Source of the DNA: Auanema rhodensis
Taxonomy: Eukaryota; Animalia; Nematoda
DNA: 64,000 nt
Assembly (NCBI GenBank): GCA_964057225.1
Contig: OZ059894.1
Location: 12,524,001 to 12,588,000 of the forward strand
Direction: 5' to 3'
Shown here: positions 31,301 to 47,000 of the stretch, piece after piece
Layout: each line of letters starts with the position of its first letter
Numbering within the stretch: position 1 is the first letter of the stretch
Position numbers and translations under genes: made by a program
The notes under the pieces: model-generated
Told to the model about the DNA's origin: nothing
Database searches by the model: none
Seen by the model: the letters and a program-made list of their open reading frames with translations, nothing else

Positions 31301-32693
31301 ACAACATAAGCACGTCAAGGTTAAACAAGATTGATCATAATTTAACGAAACGTTTAAAAATATATGAATGAACTTAACTATTATCTCACCAATATGCCAA
31401 TAGAACAACTTTCTTTAATGTGAGACAGATTGCAGCATAATTTGATGAGAACTTTAGAACAGTTGCAGTGACTCACACATGGAAACACATGCCAAACCGT
31501 TTTTTCTATCTCACAGTATAACAAGTAACTGAACAACATAAGCTCGTCGAGGTTAAACAAGATTGATCATCATTTAACGAAACGTTTAAATATATGAATG
31601 AACTTAACAATTATTTTACCAATATGCCAATGCAACAACTTTTTCTAATGTGAGACAAATTGAAGCCTAAGTTGATGAGAACTTTGGAACAGTTGCAGTG
31701 ACTCACACATGAAAACACATGCCAAACCGTTTTTTCTATCTCACATTATAACAAGTAACTGAACAACATGAGCACATCGAGGTTAAACGAGATTGATCAT
31801 CATTTAACGAAACGTTTAAATATATGAATGAACTCAACAATTATTTTACCAATATGCCAATGCAACAACTTTTTCTAATGTGAGACAAATTGAAGCCTAT
31901 GTTGATGAGAACTTTGGAACAGTTGCAGTGACCCACACATGAAAACACATGCCAAACCGTTTTTTCTATCTCACAGTATAACAAGTAACTGAACAACATA
32001 AGCACGTGAAGGTTAAACAAGATTGATCATAATTTAACGAAACGTTTAAATATATGAATGAACTTAACTATTATTTCACCAATATGCCAATACAACAACT
32101 TTTTTCAATGTGAGACGAATTGCAGCATAATTTGATGAGAACTTTGGAACAGTTGCAGTGACCCACACATGAAAACACATGCCAAACCGTTTTTTCTATC
32201 TCACACTATAACAAGTAACTGAACAACATAAGCACATCAAGGTTTAACAAGATTGATCATCATTCAACGAAACGTTTGTATATATGAATGAACTGAACAA
32301 TTATTTTACCAATATGCCAATGCAACAACTTTTTCTAATGTGAGACAAATTGAAGCCTAAGTTGATGAGAACTTTGGAACAGTTGCAGTGACCCACACAT
32401 GGAAACACATGCCAAACCGTTTTTTCTATCTCACACTATAACAAGTAACTGAACAACATAAGCACGTGAAGGTTAAACAAGATTGATCATAATTTAACGA
32501 AACGTTCAAATATATGAATGAACTTAACAATTATTTTACCAATATGCCAATGCAACAACTTTTTCTAATGTGAGACAAATTGAAACCTAAGTTGATGAGA
32601 ACTTTGGAACAGTTGCAGTGACCCACACATGAAAACACATGCCAAACCGTTTTTTCTATCTCACAGTATAACAAGTAACTGAACAACATAAGC
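22307..32693. repeat. 13-monomer (~2992-bp) higher-order unit: ~22307-25160, ~25299-28152 and a partial third copy ~30320-32693
   Basis: Markers GAAGCCTATG, CACGTGAAGG, CACACTATA, the 2-bp insertion TTTAAAAATATATG and GAAACGTTCA recur in the same order at offsets of ~2992 and ~8058. Confidence 0.78.
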
Positions 32694-34020
32694 ACATCGA
32701 GGTTAAACAAGATTGATCATAATTTAACGTAACGTTTAAATATATGAATGAACTTAACTCTTATCTCACCAATATGCCAATAGAACAACTTTTTTTAATG
32801 TGAGACAGATTGCAGCATAATTTGATGAGAACTTTAGAACAGTTGCAGTGACTCACACATGAAAACACATGCCAAACCGTTTTTTCTATCTCACAGTATA
32901 ACAAGTAACTGAACAACATAAGCTCGTCGAGGTTAAACAAGATTGATCATCATTTAACGAAACGTTTAAATATATGAATGAACTTAACAATTATTTTACC
33001 AATATGCCAATGCAACAACTTTTTCTAATGTGAGACAAATTGAAGCCTAAGTTGATGAGAACTTTGTAACAGTTGCAGTGACCCACACATGAAAACACAT
33101 GCCAAACCGTTTTTTCTATCTCACATTATAACAAGTAACTGAACAACATAAGCACGTCAAGGTTAAACAAGATTGATCATCATTTAACGAAACGTTTAAA
33201 TATATGAATGAACTCAACAATTATTTTACCAATATGCCAATGCAACAACTTTTTCTAATGTGAGACAAATTGAAGCCTAAATTGATGAGAACTTTGGAAC
33301 AGTTGCAGTGACCCACACATGAAAACACATGCCAAACCGTTTTTTCTATCTCACATTATAACAAGTAACTGAACAACATAAGCACATCGAGGTTTAACAA
33401 GATTGATCATCATTCAACGAAACGTTTGTATATATGAATGAACTTAACATTTATTTTACCAATAACCCAATGCAACTATTTTCTCTCATGTGAGACAAAT
33501 TGAAGCCTAAGTTGATAAGAACTTTGGAACAGTTGCAGTGACCCACACATGAAAACACATGCCAAACCGTTTTTTCTATCTCACATTATAACAAGTAACT
33601 GAACAACATAAGCTCGTCGAGGTGAAACAAGATTGATCATCATTTAACGAAACGTTTAAATATATGAATGAACTCAACAATTATTTTACCAATATGCTAA
33701 TGCAACAACTTTTTCTAATGTGAGACAAATTGAAGCCTAAGTTGATGAGAACTTTGGAACAGTTGCAGTGACCCACACATGAAAACACATGCCAAACCGT
33801 TTTTTCTATCTCACAGTATAACAAGTAACTGAACAACATAAGCTCGTCGAGGTTAAACAAGATTGATCATCATTTAACGAAACGTTTAAATATATGAATG
33901 AACTGAACAATTATTTTACCAATATGCCAATGCAACAACTTTTTCTAATGTGAGACAAATTTAAACCTAAGTTGATGAGAACTTTGGAACAGTTGCAGTG
34001 ACTCACACATGAAAACACAT

Positions 34021-34302
34021 GCCAAACCGTATTTTCTATCTCACAGTATAACAAGTAACTGAACAACATAAGTTCGTCGAGGTTAAACAAGATTGATCAT
34101 CATTTAACGAAACGTTTAAATATATAAATGAACTTAAATATTATAATAGCATCATTTAACGGAACATTTGAACACATGAATGAACACAAATCTTTTTCTT
34201 TCATTATATCAAGGCAACAACCTTCTGTAATGTGAGACAGATTGAATCTTAGTTTCATGAGAGCTTTAGAACAGTTGCACTGATTAACACATATAAACAC
34301 AT
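34021..34302. repeat. Expanded 282-bp satellite 1 monomer with a diverged 52-bp internal duplication (copy 1)
   Basis: GCCAAACC at 34021 and 34303 (282 = 230+52). CATCATTTAACG occurs at 34098 and again at 34150. The downstream half is strongly diverged from consensus. Confidence 0.9.
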
Positions 34303-37290
34303 GCCAAACCGTTTTTTCTATCTCACATTATAACAAGTAACTGAACGACATAAGTACATCGAGGTTAAACAAGATTGATCATCATTCAACGAAACGTTTG
34401 TATATATGAATGAACTTAACTATTATCTCTTCAATATGCCAATAGAACAACCTTTTTTAATGTGAGACAGATTGCAGCATAATTTGATGAGAACTTTAGA
34501 ACAGTTGCACTGATTAACACATGAAAACACATGCCAAACCGTTTTTTCTATCTCACATTATAACAAGTAACTGAACGACATAAGTACATCGAGGTTAAAC
34601 AAGATTGATCATCATTCAACGAAACGTTTGTATATATGAATGAACTTAACTATTATCTCTTCAATATGCCAATAGAACAACCTTTTTTAATGTGAGACAG
34701 ATTGCAGCATAATTTGATGAGAACTTTAGAACAGTTGCAGTGACTCACACTTGAAAACACATGCCAAACCGTTTTTTTATCTCACAGTACAACAAAAAAC
34801 TGAACAACATATGAACATTGTGGTTGAACATGATAAGTCATCAATTAACGAAACGTTCGTATATATGAATGAACTTAACTTATATTTCACCAATAAGCCA
34901 ATGCAACTATCTTCTCTCATATGAGACAATTTGAAGCCTAAGTTGATGAAAACTTTGGAACAGTTGCAGTGACCCACACATGAAAACACATGCCAAACCG
35001 TTTTTTCTATCTCACATTATAACAAGTAACTGAACAACATAAGCACATCGAGGTTTAACAAGATTGATCATCATTCAACGAAACGTTTGTATATATGAAT
35101 GAACTTAACATTTATTTTACCAATAACCCAATGCAACTATCTTCTCTCATGTGAGACAAATTGAATCCTAAGTTGATAAGAACTTTGGAACAGTTGCAGT
35201 GACCCACACATGAAAACACATGCCAAACCGTTTTTTCTATCTCACATTATAACAAGTAACTGAACAACATAAGCTCATCGAGGTTAAACAAGATTGATCA
35301 TCATTCAACGAAACGTTTAAATATATGAATGAACTCAATAATTATTTTACCAATATGCCAATGCAACAACTTTTTCTAATGTGAGACAAATTGAAGCCTA
35401 AGTTGATGAGAACTTTGGAACAGTTGCAGTGACTCACACATGAAAACACATGCCAAACCGTTTTTTCTATCTCACATTATAAAAAGTAACTGAACAACAT
35501 AAGCTCGTCGAGGTTAAACAAGATTGATCATTTTTTAACGAAACGTTTAAATATATGAATGAACTGAACAATTATTTTACCAATATGCCAATGCAACAAC
35601 TTTTTCTAATGTGAGACAAATTGAAACCTAAGTTGATGAGAACTTTGGAACAGTTGCAGTGACTCACACATGAAAACACATGCCAAACCGTATTTTCTAT
35701 CTCACAGTATAACAAGTAACTGAACAACATAAGTTCGTCGAGGTTAAACAAGATTGATCATCATTTAACGAAACGTTTAAATATATGAATGAACTCAATA
35801 ATTATTTTACCAATATGCCAATGCAACAACTTTTTCTAATGTGAGACAAATTGAAGCCTAAGTTGATGAGAACTTTGGAACAGTTGCAGTGACCCACACA
35901 TGAAAACACATGCCAAACCGTTTTTTCTATCTCACATTATAACAAGTAACTGAACAACATAAGCCCATCGAGGTTAAACAAGATTGATCATCATTCAACG
36001 AAACGTTTAAATATATGAATGAACTCAATAATTATTTTACCAATATGCCAATGCAACAACTTTTTCTAATGTGAGACAAATTGAAGCCTAAGTTGATGAG
36101 AACTTTGGAACAGTTGCAGTGACTTACACATAAAAACACATGCCAAACCGTTTTTTCTATCTCACATTTTAACAAGTAACTGAACAACATAAGCTCGTCG
36201 AGGTTAAACAAGATTGATCATCATTTAAAGAAACGTTTAAATATATGAATGAACTCAACAATTATTTTACCAATATGCTAATGCAACAACTTTTTCTAAT
36301 GTTAGACAAATTGAAGCCTAAGTTGATGAGAACTTTGGAACAGTTGCAGTGACTCACACTTGAAAACACATGCCAAACCGTTTTTTTATCTCACAGTACA
36401 ACAAAAAACTGAACAACATATGAACATTGTGGTTGAACATGATAAGTCATCAATTAACGAAACGTTCGTATATATGAATGAACTTAACTTATATTTCACC
36501 AATAAGCCAATGCAACTATCTTCTCTCATATGAGACAAATTGAAGCCTAAGTTGATGAAAACTTTGGAACAGTTGCAGTGACCCACACATGAAAACACAT
36601 GCCAAACCGTTTTTTATATCTCACATTATAACAAGTAACTGAACAACATAAGCTCATCGAGGTTAAACAAGATTGATCATCATTCAACGAAACGTTTGTA
36701 TATATGAATGAACTTAACATTCATTTTACCAATAAGCCAATGCAACTATCTTCTCTCATGTGAGACAAATTGAAGCCTAAGTTGATGAGAACTTTGGAAC
36801 AGTTGCAGTGACCCACACATGAAAACACATGCCAAACCGTTTTTTCTATCTCACATTATAACAAGTAACTGAACAACATAAGCTCATCGAGGTTAAACAA
36901 GATTGATCATCATTCAACGAAACGTTTGTATATATGAATGAACTTAACATTCATTTTACCAATAAGCCAATGCAACTATCTTCTCTCATGTGAGACAAAT
37001 TGAAGCCTAAGTTGATGAGAACTTTGGAACAGTTGCAGTGACTCACACATGAAAACACATGCCAAACCGTTTTTTCTATCTCACATTATAAAAAGTAACT
37101 GAACAACATAAGCTCGTCGAGGTTAAACAAGATTGATCATCATTTAACGAAACGTTTAAATATATGAATGAACTGAACAATTATTTTACCAATATGCCAA
37201 TGCAACAACTTTTTCTAATGTGAGACAAATTGAAACCTAAGTTGATGAGAACTTTGGAACAGTTGCAGTGACTCACACATGAAAACACAT

Positions 37291-37572
37291 GCCAAACCGT
37301 ATTTTCTATCTCACAGTATAACAAGTAACTGAACAACATAAGTTCGTCGAGGTTAAACAAGATTGATCATCATTTAACGAAACGTTTAAATATATAAATG
37401 AACTTAAATATTATAATAGCATCATTTAACGGAACATTTGAACACATGAATGAACACAAATCTTTTTCTTTCATTATATCAAGGCAACAACCTTCTGTAA
37501 TGTGAGACAGATTGAATCTTAGTTTCATGAGAGCTTTAGAACAGTTGCACTGATTAACACATATAAACACAT
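37291..37572. repeat. Expanded 282-bp satellite 1 monomer (copy 2), part of a ~1.2-kb block duplication ~33823-35046 / ~37093-38316 (offset 3270)
   Basis: Sequence matches 34021-34302. The flanking monomers (GAACGACATAAGTACATC twice, then a 229-bp divergent monomer) are also duplicated. Confidence 0.9.
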
Positions 37573-40500
37573 GCGAAACCGTTTTTTCTATCTCACATTA
37601 TAACAAGTAACTGAACGACATAAGTACATCGAGATTAAACAAGATTGATCATCATTCAACGAAACGTTTGTATATATGAATGAACTTAACTATTATCTCT
37701 TCAATATGCCAATAGAACAACCTTTTTTAATGTGAGACAGATTGCAGCATAATTTGATGAGAACTTTAGAACAGTTGCACTGATTAACACATGAAAACAC
37801 ATGCCAAACCGTTTTTTCTATCTCACATTATAACAAGTAACTGAACGACATAAGTACATCGAGGTTAAACAAGATTGATCATCATTCAACGAAACGTTTG
37901 TATATATGAATGAACTTAACTATTATCTCTTCAATATGCCAATAGAACAACCTTTTTTAATGTGAGACAGATTGCAGCATAATTTGATGAGAACTTTAGA
38001 ACAGTTGCAGTGACTCACACTTGAAAACACATGCCAAACCGTTTTTTTATCTCACAGTACAACAAAAAACTGAACAACATATGAACATTGTGGTTGAACA
38101 TGATAAGTCATCAATTAACGAAACGTTCGTATATATGAATGAACTTAACTTATATTTCACCAATAAGCCAATGCAACTATCTTCTCTCATATGAGACAAA
38201 TTGAAGCCTAAGTTGATGAAAACTTTGGAACAGTTGCAGTGACCCACACATGAAAACACATGCCAAACCGTTTTTTCTATCTCACATTATAACAAGTAAC
38301 TGAACAACATAAGCACGTCAAGGTTAAACAAGATTGATCATCATTTAACGAAACGTTTAAATATATGAATGAACTCAACAATTATTTTACCAATATGCCA
38401 ATGCAACAACTTTTTCTAATGTGAGACAAATTGAAGCCTAAGTTGATGAGAACTTTGGAACAGTTGCAGTGACCCACACATGAAAACACATGCCAAACCG
38501 TTTTTTCTATCTCACATTATAACAAGTAACTGAACAACATAAGCACATCGAGGTTTAACAAGATTGATCATCATTCAACGAAACGTTTGTATATATGAAT
38601 GAACTTAACATTTATTTTACCAATAACCCAATGCAACTATCTTCTCTCATGTGAGACAAATTGAATCCTAAGTTGATAAGAACTTTGGAACAGTTGCAGT
38701 GACCCACACATGAAAACACATGCCAAACCGTTTTTTCTATCTCACATTATAACAAGTAACTGAACAACATAAGCACATCGAGGTTTAACAAGATTGATCA
38801 TCATTCAACGAAACGTTTGTATATATGAATGAACTTAACATTTATTTTACCAATAACCCAATGCAACTATCTTCTCTCATGTGAGACAAATTGAAGCCTA
38901 AGTTGATAAGAACTTTGGAACAGTTGCAGTGACCCACACATGAAAACACATGCCAAACCGTTTTTTCTATCTCACATTATAACAAGTAACTGAACAACAT
39001 AAGCTCGTCGAGGTTAAACAAGATTGATCATCATTTAACGAAACGTTTAAATATATGAATGAACTCAACAATTATTTTACCAATATGCTAATGCAACAAC
39101 TTTTTCTAATGTGAGACAAATTGAAGCCTAAGTTGATGAGAACTTTGGAACAGTTGCAGTGACCCACACATGAAAACACATGCCAAACCGTTTTTTCTAT
39201 CTCACATTATAACAAGTAACTGAACAACATAAGCTCGTCGAGGTTAAACAAGATTGATCATCATTTAACGAAACGTTTAAATATATGAATGAACTCAACA
39301 ATTATTTTACCAATATGCTAATGCAACAACTTTTTCTAATGTGAGACAAATTGAAGCCTAAGTTGATGAGAACTTTGGAACAGTTGCAGTGACCCACACA
39401 TGAAAACACATGCCAAATCGTTTTTTCTATCTCACATTATAACAAGTAACTGAACAACATAAGCTCATCGAGGTTAAACAAGATTGATCATCATTCAACG
39501 AAACGTTTGTATATATGAATGAACTTAACATTCATTTTCCCAATAAGCCAATGCAACTATCTTCTCTCATGTGAGACAAATTGAAGCCTAAGTTGATGAG
39601 AACTTTGGAACAGTTGCAGTGACTCACACATGAAAACACATGCCAAACCGTTTTTTCTATCTCACATTATAAAAAGTAACTGAACAACATAAGCTCGTCG
39701 AGGTTAAACAAGATTGATCATCATTTAACGAAACGTTTAAATATATGAATGAACTGAACAATTATTTTACCAATATGCCAATGCAACAACTTTTTCTAAT
39801 GTGAGACAAATTGAAACCTTAGTTGATGAGAACTTTGGAACAGTTGCAGTGACTCACACATGAAAACACATGCCAAACCGTATTTTCTATCTCACAGTAT
39901 AACAAGTAACTGAACAACATAAGTTCGTCGAGGTTAAACAAGATTGATCATCATTTAACGAAACGTTTAAATATATGAATGAACTCAATAATTATTTTAC
40001 CAATATGCCAATGCAACAACTTTTTCTAATGTGAGACAAATTGAAGCCTAAGTTGATGAGAACTTTGGAACAGTTGCAGTGACCCACACATGAAAACACA
40101 TTCCAAACCGTTTTTTCTATCTCACATTATAACAAGTAACTGAACAACATAAGCCCATCGAGGTTAAACAAGATTGATCATCATTCAACGAAACGTTTAA
40201 ATATATGAATGAACTCAATAATTATTTTACCAATATGCCAATGCAACAACTTTTTCTAATGTGAGACAAATTGAAGCCTAAGTTGATGAGAACTTTGGAA
40301 CAGTTGCAGTGACTTACACATGAAAACACATGCCAAACCGTTTTTTCTATCTCACATTTTAACAAGTAACTGAACAACATAAGCTCGTCGAGGTTAAACA
40401 AGATTGATCATCATTTAACGAAACGTTTAAATATATGAATGAACTCAACAATTATTTTACCAATATGCTAATGCAACAACTTTTTCTAATGTTAGACAAA

Positions 40501-41019
40501 TTGAAGCCTAAGTTGATGAGAACTTTGGAACAGTTGCAGTGACTTACACATGAAAACACATGCCAAACCGTTTTTTCTATCTCACATTATAACAAGTAAC
40601 TGAACAACATAAGCTCGTCGAGGTTCAACAAGATTGATCATCATTTAACGAAACGTTTAAATATATGAATGAACTCAACAATTATTTTACCAATATGCTA
40701 ATGCAACAACTTTTTCTAATGTGAGACAAATTGAAGCCTAAGTTGATGAGAACTTTGGAACAGTTGCAGTGACCCACACATGAAAACACATGCCAAACCG
40801 TTTTTTCTATCTCACATTATAACAAGTAACTGAACAACATAAGCTCATCGAGGTTAAACAAGATTGATCATCATTCAACGAAACGTTTGTATATATGAAT
40901 GAACTTAACATTCATTTTACCAATAAGCCAATGCAACTATCTTTTCTCATGTGAGACAAATTGAAGCCTAATTTGATGAGAACTTTAGAACAGTTGCAGT
41001 GACCCACACATGAAAACAC

Positions 41020-44000
41020 ATGCCAAACCGTTTTTTCTATCTCACATTATAACAAGTAACTGAACAACATAAGCACATCGAGGTTAAACGAGATTGATCA
41101 TCATTCAACGAAACGTTTAAATATATGAATGAACTCAACAATTATTTTACCAATATGCCAATGCAACAACTTTTTCTAATGTGAGACAAATTGAAGCCGA
41201 AGTTGATGAGAACTTTAGAACAGTTGCAGTGACTCACACTTGAAAACACATGCCAAACCGTTTTTTTTATCTCACAGTACAACAAAAAACTGAGCAACAT
41301 ATGAACATTGTGGTTGAACATGATGAGTCATCATTTACCGAAACGTTCGTACATATTATATGAATGAACTCAACAATTATGTTACCAATATGCCAATGCA
41401 ACAACCTTTTTAATGTGCGACAAATTGAGGCTTAAGTTAATGAGAACTTTGGAACAGTTGCAGTGACTCACACATGAAAACACATGCCAAACCGTTTTTT
41501 CTATCTCACAGTATAACAAGTAACTGAACAACATAAGCACGTCAAGGTTAAACAAGATTGATCATAATTCAACGAAACGTTTAAATACATGAATGAACTT
41601 AAAATTTATTTTACCAATAAGCCAATGCAACTATCTTTTCTCATGTGAGACAAATTGAAGCCTAAGTTGATGAGAACTTTGGAACAGTTGCAGTGACCCA
41701 CACATGAAAACACATGCCAAACCGTTTTTCCTATCTCACAGTATAACAAGTAACTGAACAACATAAGCACATCGAGGTTAAACGAGATTGATCATCATTC
41801 AACGAAACGTTTGTATATATGAATGAACTTAACATTTATTTTACCAATAAGCCAATGCAACTATCTTCTCTCATGTGAGACAAATTGAAGCCTAAGTTGA
41901 TGAAAACTTTGGAACATTTGCAGTGACCCACACATGAAAACACATGCCAAACCGTTTTTTCTATCTCACATTATAGCAAGTAACTGAACAACATAAGCTC
42001 ATCGAGGTTAAACAAGATTGATCATCATTCAACGAAACGTTTGTATATATGAATGAACTTAACATTCATTTTACCAATAAGCCAATGCAACTATCTTCTC
42101 TCATGTGAGACAAATTGAAGCCTAAGTTGATGAGAACTTTGGAACAGTTGCAGTGACTCACACATGAAAACACATGCCAAACCGTTTTTTCTATCTCACA
42201 TCATAAAAAGTAACTGAACAACATAAGCTCGTCGAGGTTAAACAAGATTGATCATCATTTAACGAAACGTTTAAATATATGAATGAACTGAACAATTATT
42301 TTACCAATATGCCAATGCAACAACCTTTTTTAATGTGAGACAGATTGCAGCATAATTTGGTGAGAACTTTAGAACAGTTGCACTGATTAACACATGAAAA
42401 CACATGCCAAACCGTTTTTTCTATCTCACATTATAACAAGTAACTGAACAACATAAGCCCATCGAGGTTAAACAAGATTGATCATCATTCAACAAAACGT
42501 TTAAATATATGAATGAACTCAATAATTATTTTACCAATATGCCAATGCAACAACTTTTTCTAATGTGAGACAAATTGAAGCCTAAGTTGATGAGAACTTT
42601 GGAACAGTTGCAGTGACCCACACATGAAAACACATGCCAAACCGTTTTTTCTATCTCACATTATAACAAGTAACTGAACAACATAAGCCCATCGAGGTTA
42701 AACAAGATTGATCATCATTCAACGAAACGTTTAAATATATGAATGAACTCAATAATTATTTTACCAATATGCCAATGCAACAACTTTTTCTAATGTGAGA
42801 CAAATTGAAGCCTAAGTTGATGAGAACTTTGGAACAGTTGCAGTGACTTACACATGAAAACACATGCCAAACCGTTTTTTCTATCTCACATTTTAACAAG
42901 TAACTGAACAACATAAGCTCGTCGAGGTTAAACAAGATTGATCATCATTTAACGAAACGTTTAAATATATGAATGAACTCAACAATTATTTTACCAATAT
43001 GCTAATGCAACAACTTTTTCTAATGTGAGACAAATTGAAGCCTAAGTTGATGATTACTTTGGAACAGTTGCAGTGACCCACACATGAAAACACATGCCAA
43101 ACCGTTTTTTCTATCTCACATTATAACAAGTAACTGAACAACATAAGCTCATCGAGGTTAAACAAGATTGATCATCATTCAACGAAACGTTTGTATATAT
43201 GAATGAACTTAACATTCATTTTACCAATAAGCCAATGCAACTATCTTCTCTCATGTGAGACAAATTGAAGCCTAAGTTGATGAGAACTTTGGAACAGTTG
43301 CAGTGACTCACACATGAAAACACATGCCAAGCCGTTTTTTCTATCTCACATTATAAAAAGTAACTGAACAACATAAGCTCGTCGAGGTTAAACAAGATTG
43401 ATCATCATTCAACGAAACGTTTGTATATATGAATGAACTTAACTATTATCTCTTCAATATGCCAATAGAACAACCTTTTTTAATGTGAGACAGATTGCAG
43501 CATAATTTGATGAGAACTTTAGAACAGTTGCAGTGACTCACACTTGAAAACACATGCCAAACCGTTTTTTTATCTCACAGTACAACCAATAACTGAACAA
43601 CATATGAACATTGTGGTTGAACATGATAAGTCATCAATTAACGAAACGTTCGTATATATGAATGAACTTAACTTATATTTCACCAATAAGCCAATGCAAC
43701 TATCTTCTCTCATATGAGACAAATTGAAGCCTAAGTTGATGAAAATTTTGGAACAGTTGCAGTGACCCACACATGAAAACACATGCCAAACCGTTTTTTC
43801 TATCTCACATTATAACAAGTAACTGAACAACATAAGCACATCGAGGTTAAACGAGATTGATCATCATTCAACGAAACGTTTAAATATATGAATGAACTCA
43901 ACAATTATTTTACCAATATGCAAATGCAACAACTTTTTCTAATGTGAGACAAATTGAAGCCTAAGTTGATGAGAACTTTAGAACAGTTGCAGTGACTCAC

Positions 44001-47000
44001 ACTTGAAAACACATGCCAAACCGTTTTTTTTATCTCACAGTACAACAAAAAACTGAGCAACATATGAACATTGTGGTTGAACATGATGAGTCATCATTTA
44101 CCGAAACGTTCGTAAATATTATACGAATAAACTCAACAATTATGTTACCAATATGCCAATGCAACAACCTTTTTAATGTGCGACAAATTGAGGCTTAAGT
44201 TAATGAGAACTTTGGAACAGTTGCAGTGACTCACACATGAAAACACATGCCAAACCGTTTTTTCTATCTCACAGTATAACAAGTAACTGAACAACATAAG
44301 CACGTCAAGGTTAAACAAGATTGATCATAATTCAACGAAACGTTTAAATATATGAATGAACTTAAAATTTATTTTACCAATAAGCCAATGCAACTATCTT
44401 TTCTCATGTGAGACAAATTGAAGCCTAAGTTGATGAGAACTTTGGAACAGTTGCAGTGACCCACACATGAAAACACATGCCAAACCGTTTTTCCTATCTC
44501 ACAGTATAACAAGTAACTGAACAACATAAGCACATCGAGGTTAAACGAGATTGATCATCATTCAACGAAACGTTTGTATATATGAATGAACTTAACATTT
44601 ATTTTACCAATAAGCCAATGCAACTATCTTCTCTCATGTGAGACAAATTGAAGCCTAAGTTGATGAAAACTTTGGAACAGTTGCAGTGACCCACACATGA
44701 AAACACATGCCAAACCGTTTTTTCTATCTCACATTATAGCAAGTAACTGAACAACATAAGCTCATCGAGGTTAAACAAGATTGATCATCATTCAACGAAA
44801 CGTTTGTATATATGAATGAACTTAACATTCATTTTACCAATAAGCCAATGCAACTATCTTCTCTCATGTGAGACAAATTGAAGCCTAAGTTGATGAGAAC
44901 TTTGGAACAGTTGCAGTGACTCACACATGAAAACACATGCCAAACCGTTTTTTCTATCTCACATCATAAAAAGTAACTGAACAACATAAGCTCGTCGAGG
45001 TTAAACAAGATTGATCATCATTTAACGAAACGTTTAAATATATGAATGAACTAAACAATTATTTTACCAATATGCCAATGCAACAACCTTTTTTAATGTG
45101 AGACAGATTGCAGCATAATTTGATGAGAACTTTAGAACAGTTGCACTGATTAACACATGAAAACACATGCCAAACCGTTTTTTCTATCTCACATTATAAC
45201 AAGTAACTGAACAACATAAGCCCATCGAGGTTAAACAAGATTGATCATCATTCAACGAAACGTTTAAATATATGAATGAACTCAATAATTATTTTACCAA
45301 TATGCCAATGCAACAACTTTTTCTGATGTGAGACAAATTGAAGCCTAAGTTGATGAGAACTTTGGAACAGTTGCAGTGACCCACACATGAAAACACATGC
45401 CAAACCGTTTTTTCTATCTCACATTATAACAAGTAACTGAACAACATAAGCCCATCGAGGTTAAACAAGATTGATCATCATTCAACGAAACGTTTAAATA
45501 TATGAATGAACTCAATAATTATTTTACCAATATGCCAATGCAACAACTTTTTCTAATGTGAGACAAATTGAAGCCTAAGTTGATGAGAACTTTGAAACAG
45601 TTGCAGTGACTTACACATGAAAACACATGCCAAACCGTTTTTTCTATCTCACATTATAACAAGTAACTGAACAACATAAGCTCGTCGAGGTTAAACAAGA
45701 TTGATCATCATTTAACGAAACGTTTAAATATATGAATGAACTCAAAAATTATTTTACCAATATGCTAATGCAACAACTTTTTCTAATGTGAGACAAATTG
45801 AAGCCTAAGTTGATGAGAACTTTGGAACAGTTGCAGTGACCCACACATGAAAACACATGCCAAACCGTTTTTTCTATCTCACATTATAACAAGTAACTGA
45901 ACAACATAAGCTCATCGAGGTTAAACAAGATTGATCATCATTGAACGAAACGTTTGTATATATGAATGAACTTAACATTCATTTTACCAATAAGCCAATG
46001 CAACTATCTTCTCTCATGTGAGACAAATTGAAGCCTAAGTTGATGAGAACTTTGGAACAGTTGCAGTGACTCACACATGAAAACACATGCCAAACCGTTT
46101 TTTCTATCTCACAGTATAACAAGTAACTGAACAACATAAGCACGTCAAGGTTAAACAAGATTGATCATAATTCAACGAAACGTTTAAATATATGAATGAA
46201 CTTAAAATTTATTTTACCAATAAGCCAATGCAACTATCTTTTCTCATGTGAGACAAATTGAAGCCTAAGTTGATGAGAACTTTGGAACAGTTGCAGTGAC
46301 CCACACATGAAAACACATGCCAAACCGTTTTTCCTATCTCACAGTATAACAAGTAACTGAACAACATAAGCACATCGAGGTCAAACGAGATTGATCATTA
46401 TTCAACGAAACGTTTGTATATATGAATGAACTTAACATTTATTTTACCAATAAGCCAATGCAACTATCTTCTCTCATGTGAGACAAATTGAAGCCTAAGT
46501 TGATGAAAACTTTGGAACAGTTGCAGTGACCCACACATGAAAACACATGCCAAACCGTTTTTTCTATCTCACATTATAGCAAGTAACTGAACAACATAAG
46601 CTCATCGAGGTTAAACAAGATTGATCATCATTCAACGAAACGTTTGTATATATGAATGAACTTAACATTCATTTTACCAATAAGCCAATGCAACTATCTT
46701 CTCTCATGTGAGACAAATTGAAGCCTAAGTTGATGAGAACTTTGGAACAGTTGCAGTGACTCACACATGAAAACACATGCCAAACCGTTTTTTCTATCTC
46801 ACATCATAAAAAGTAACTGAACAACATAAGCTCGTCGAGGTTAAACAAGATTGATCATCATTTAACGAAACGTTTAAATATATGAATGAACTGAACAATT
46901 ATTTTACCAATATGCCAATGCAACAACCTTTTTTAATGTGAGACAGATTGCAGCATAATTTGATGAGAACTATAGAACAGTTGCACTGATTAACACATGA

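Noticed and set aside
44013-44198. Plus-strand 61-aa ORF MPNRFFYLTVQQ...
   Set aside because: Chance read-through of a single 234-bp variant monomer; sister copies have in-frame stops.
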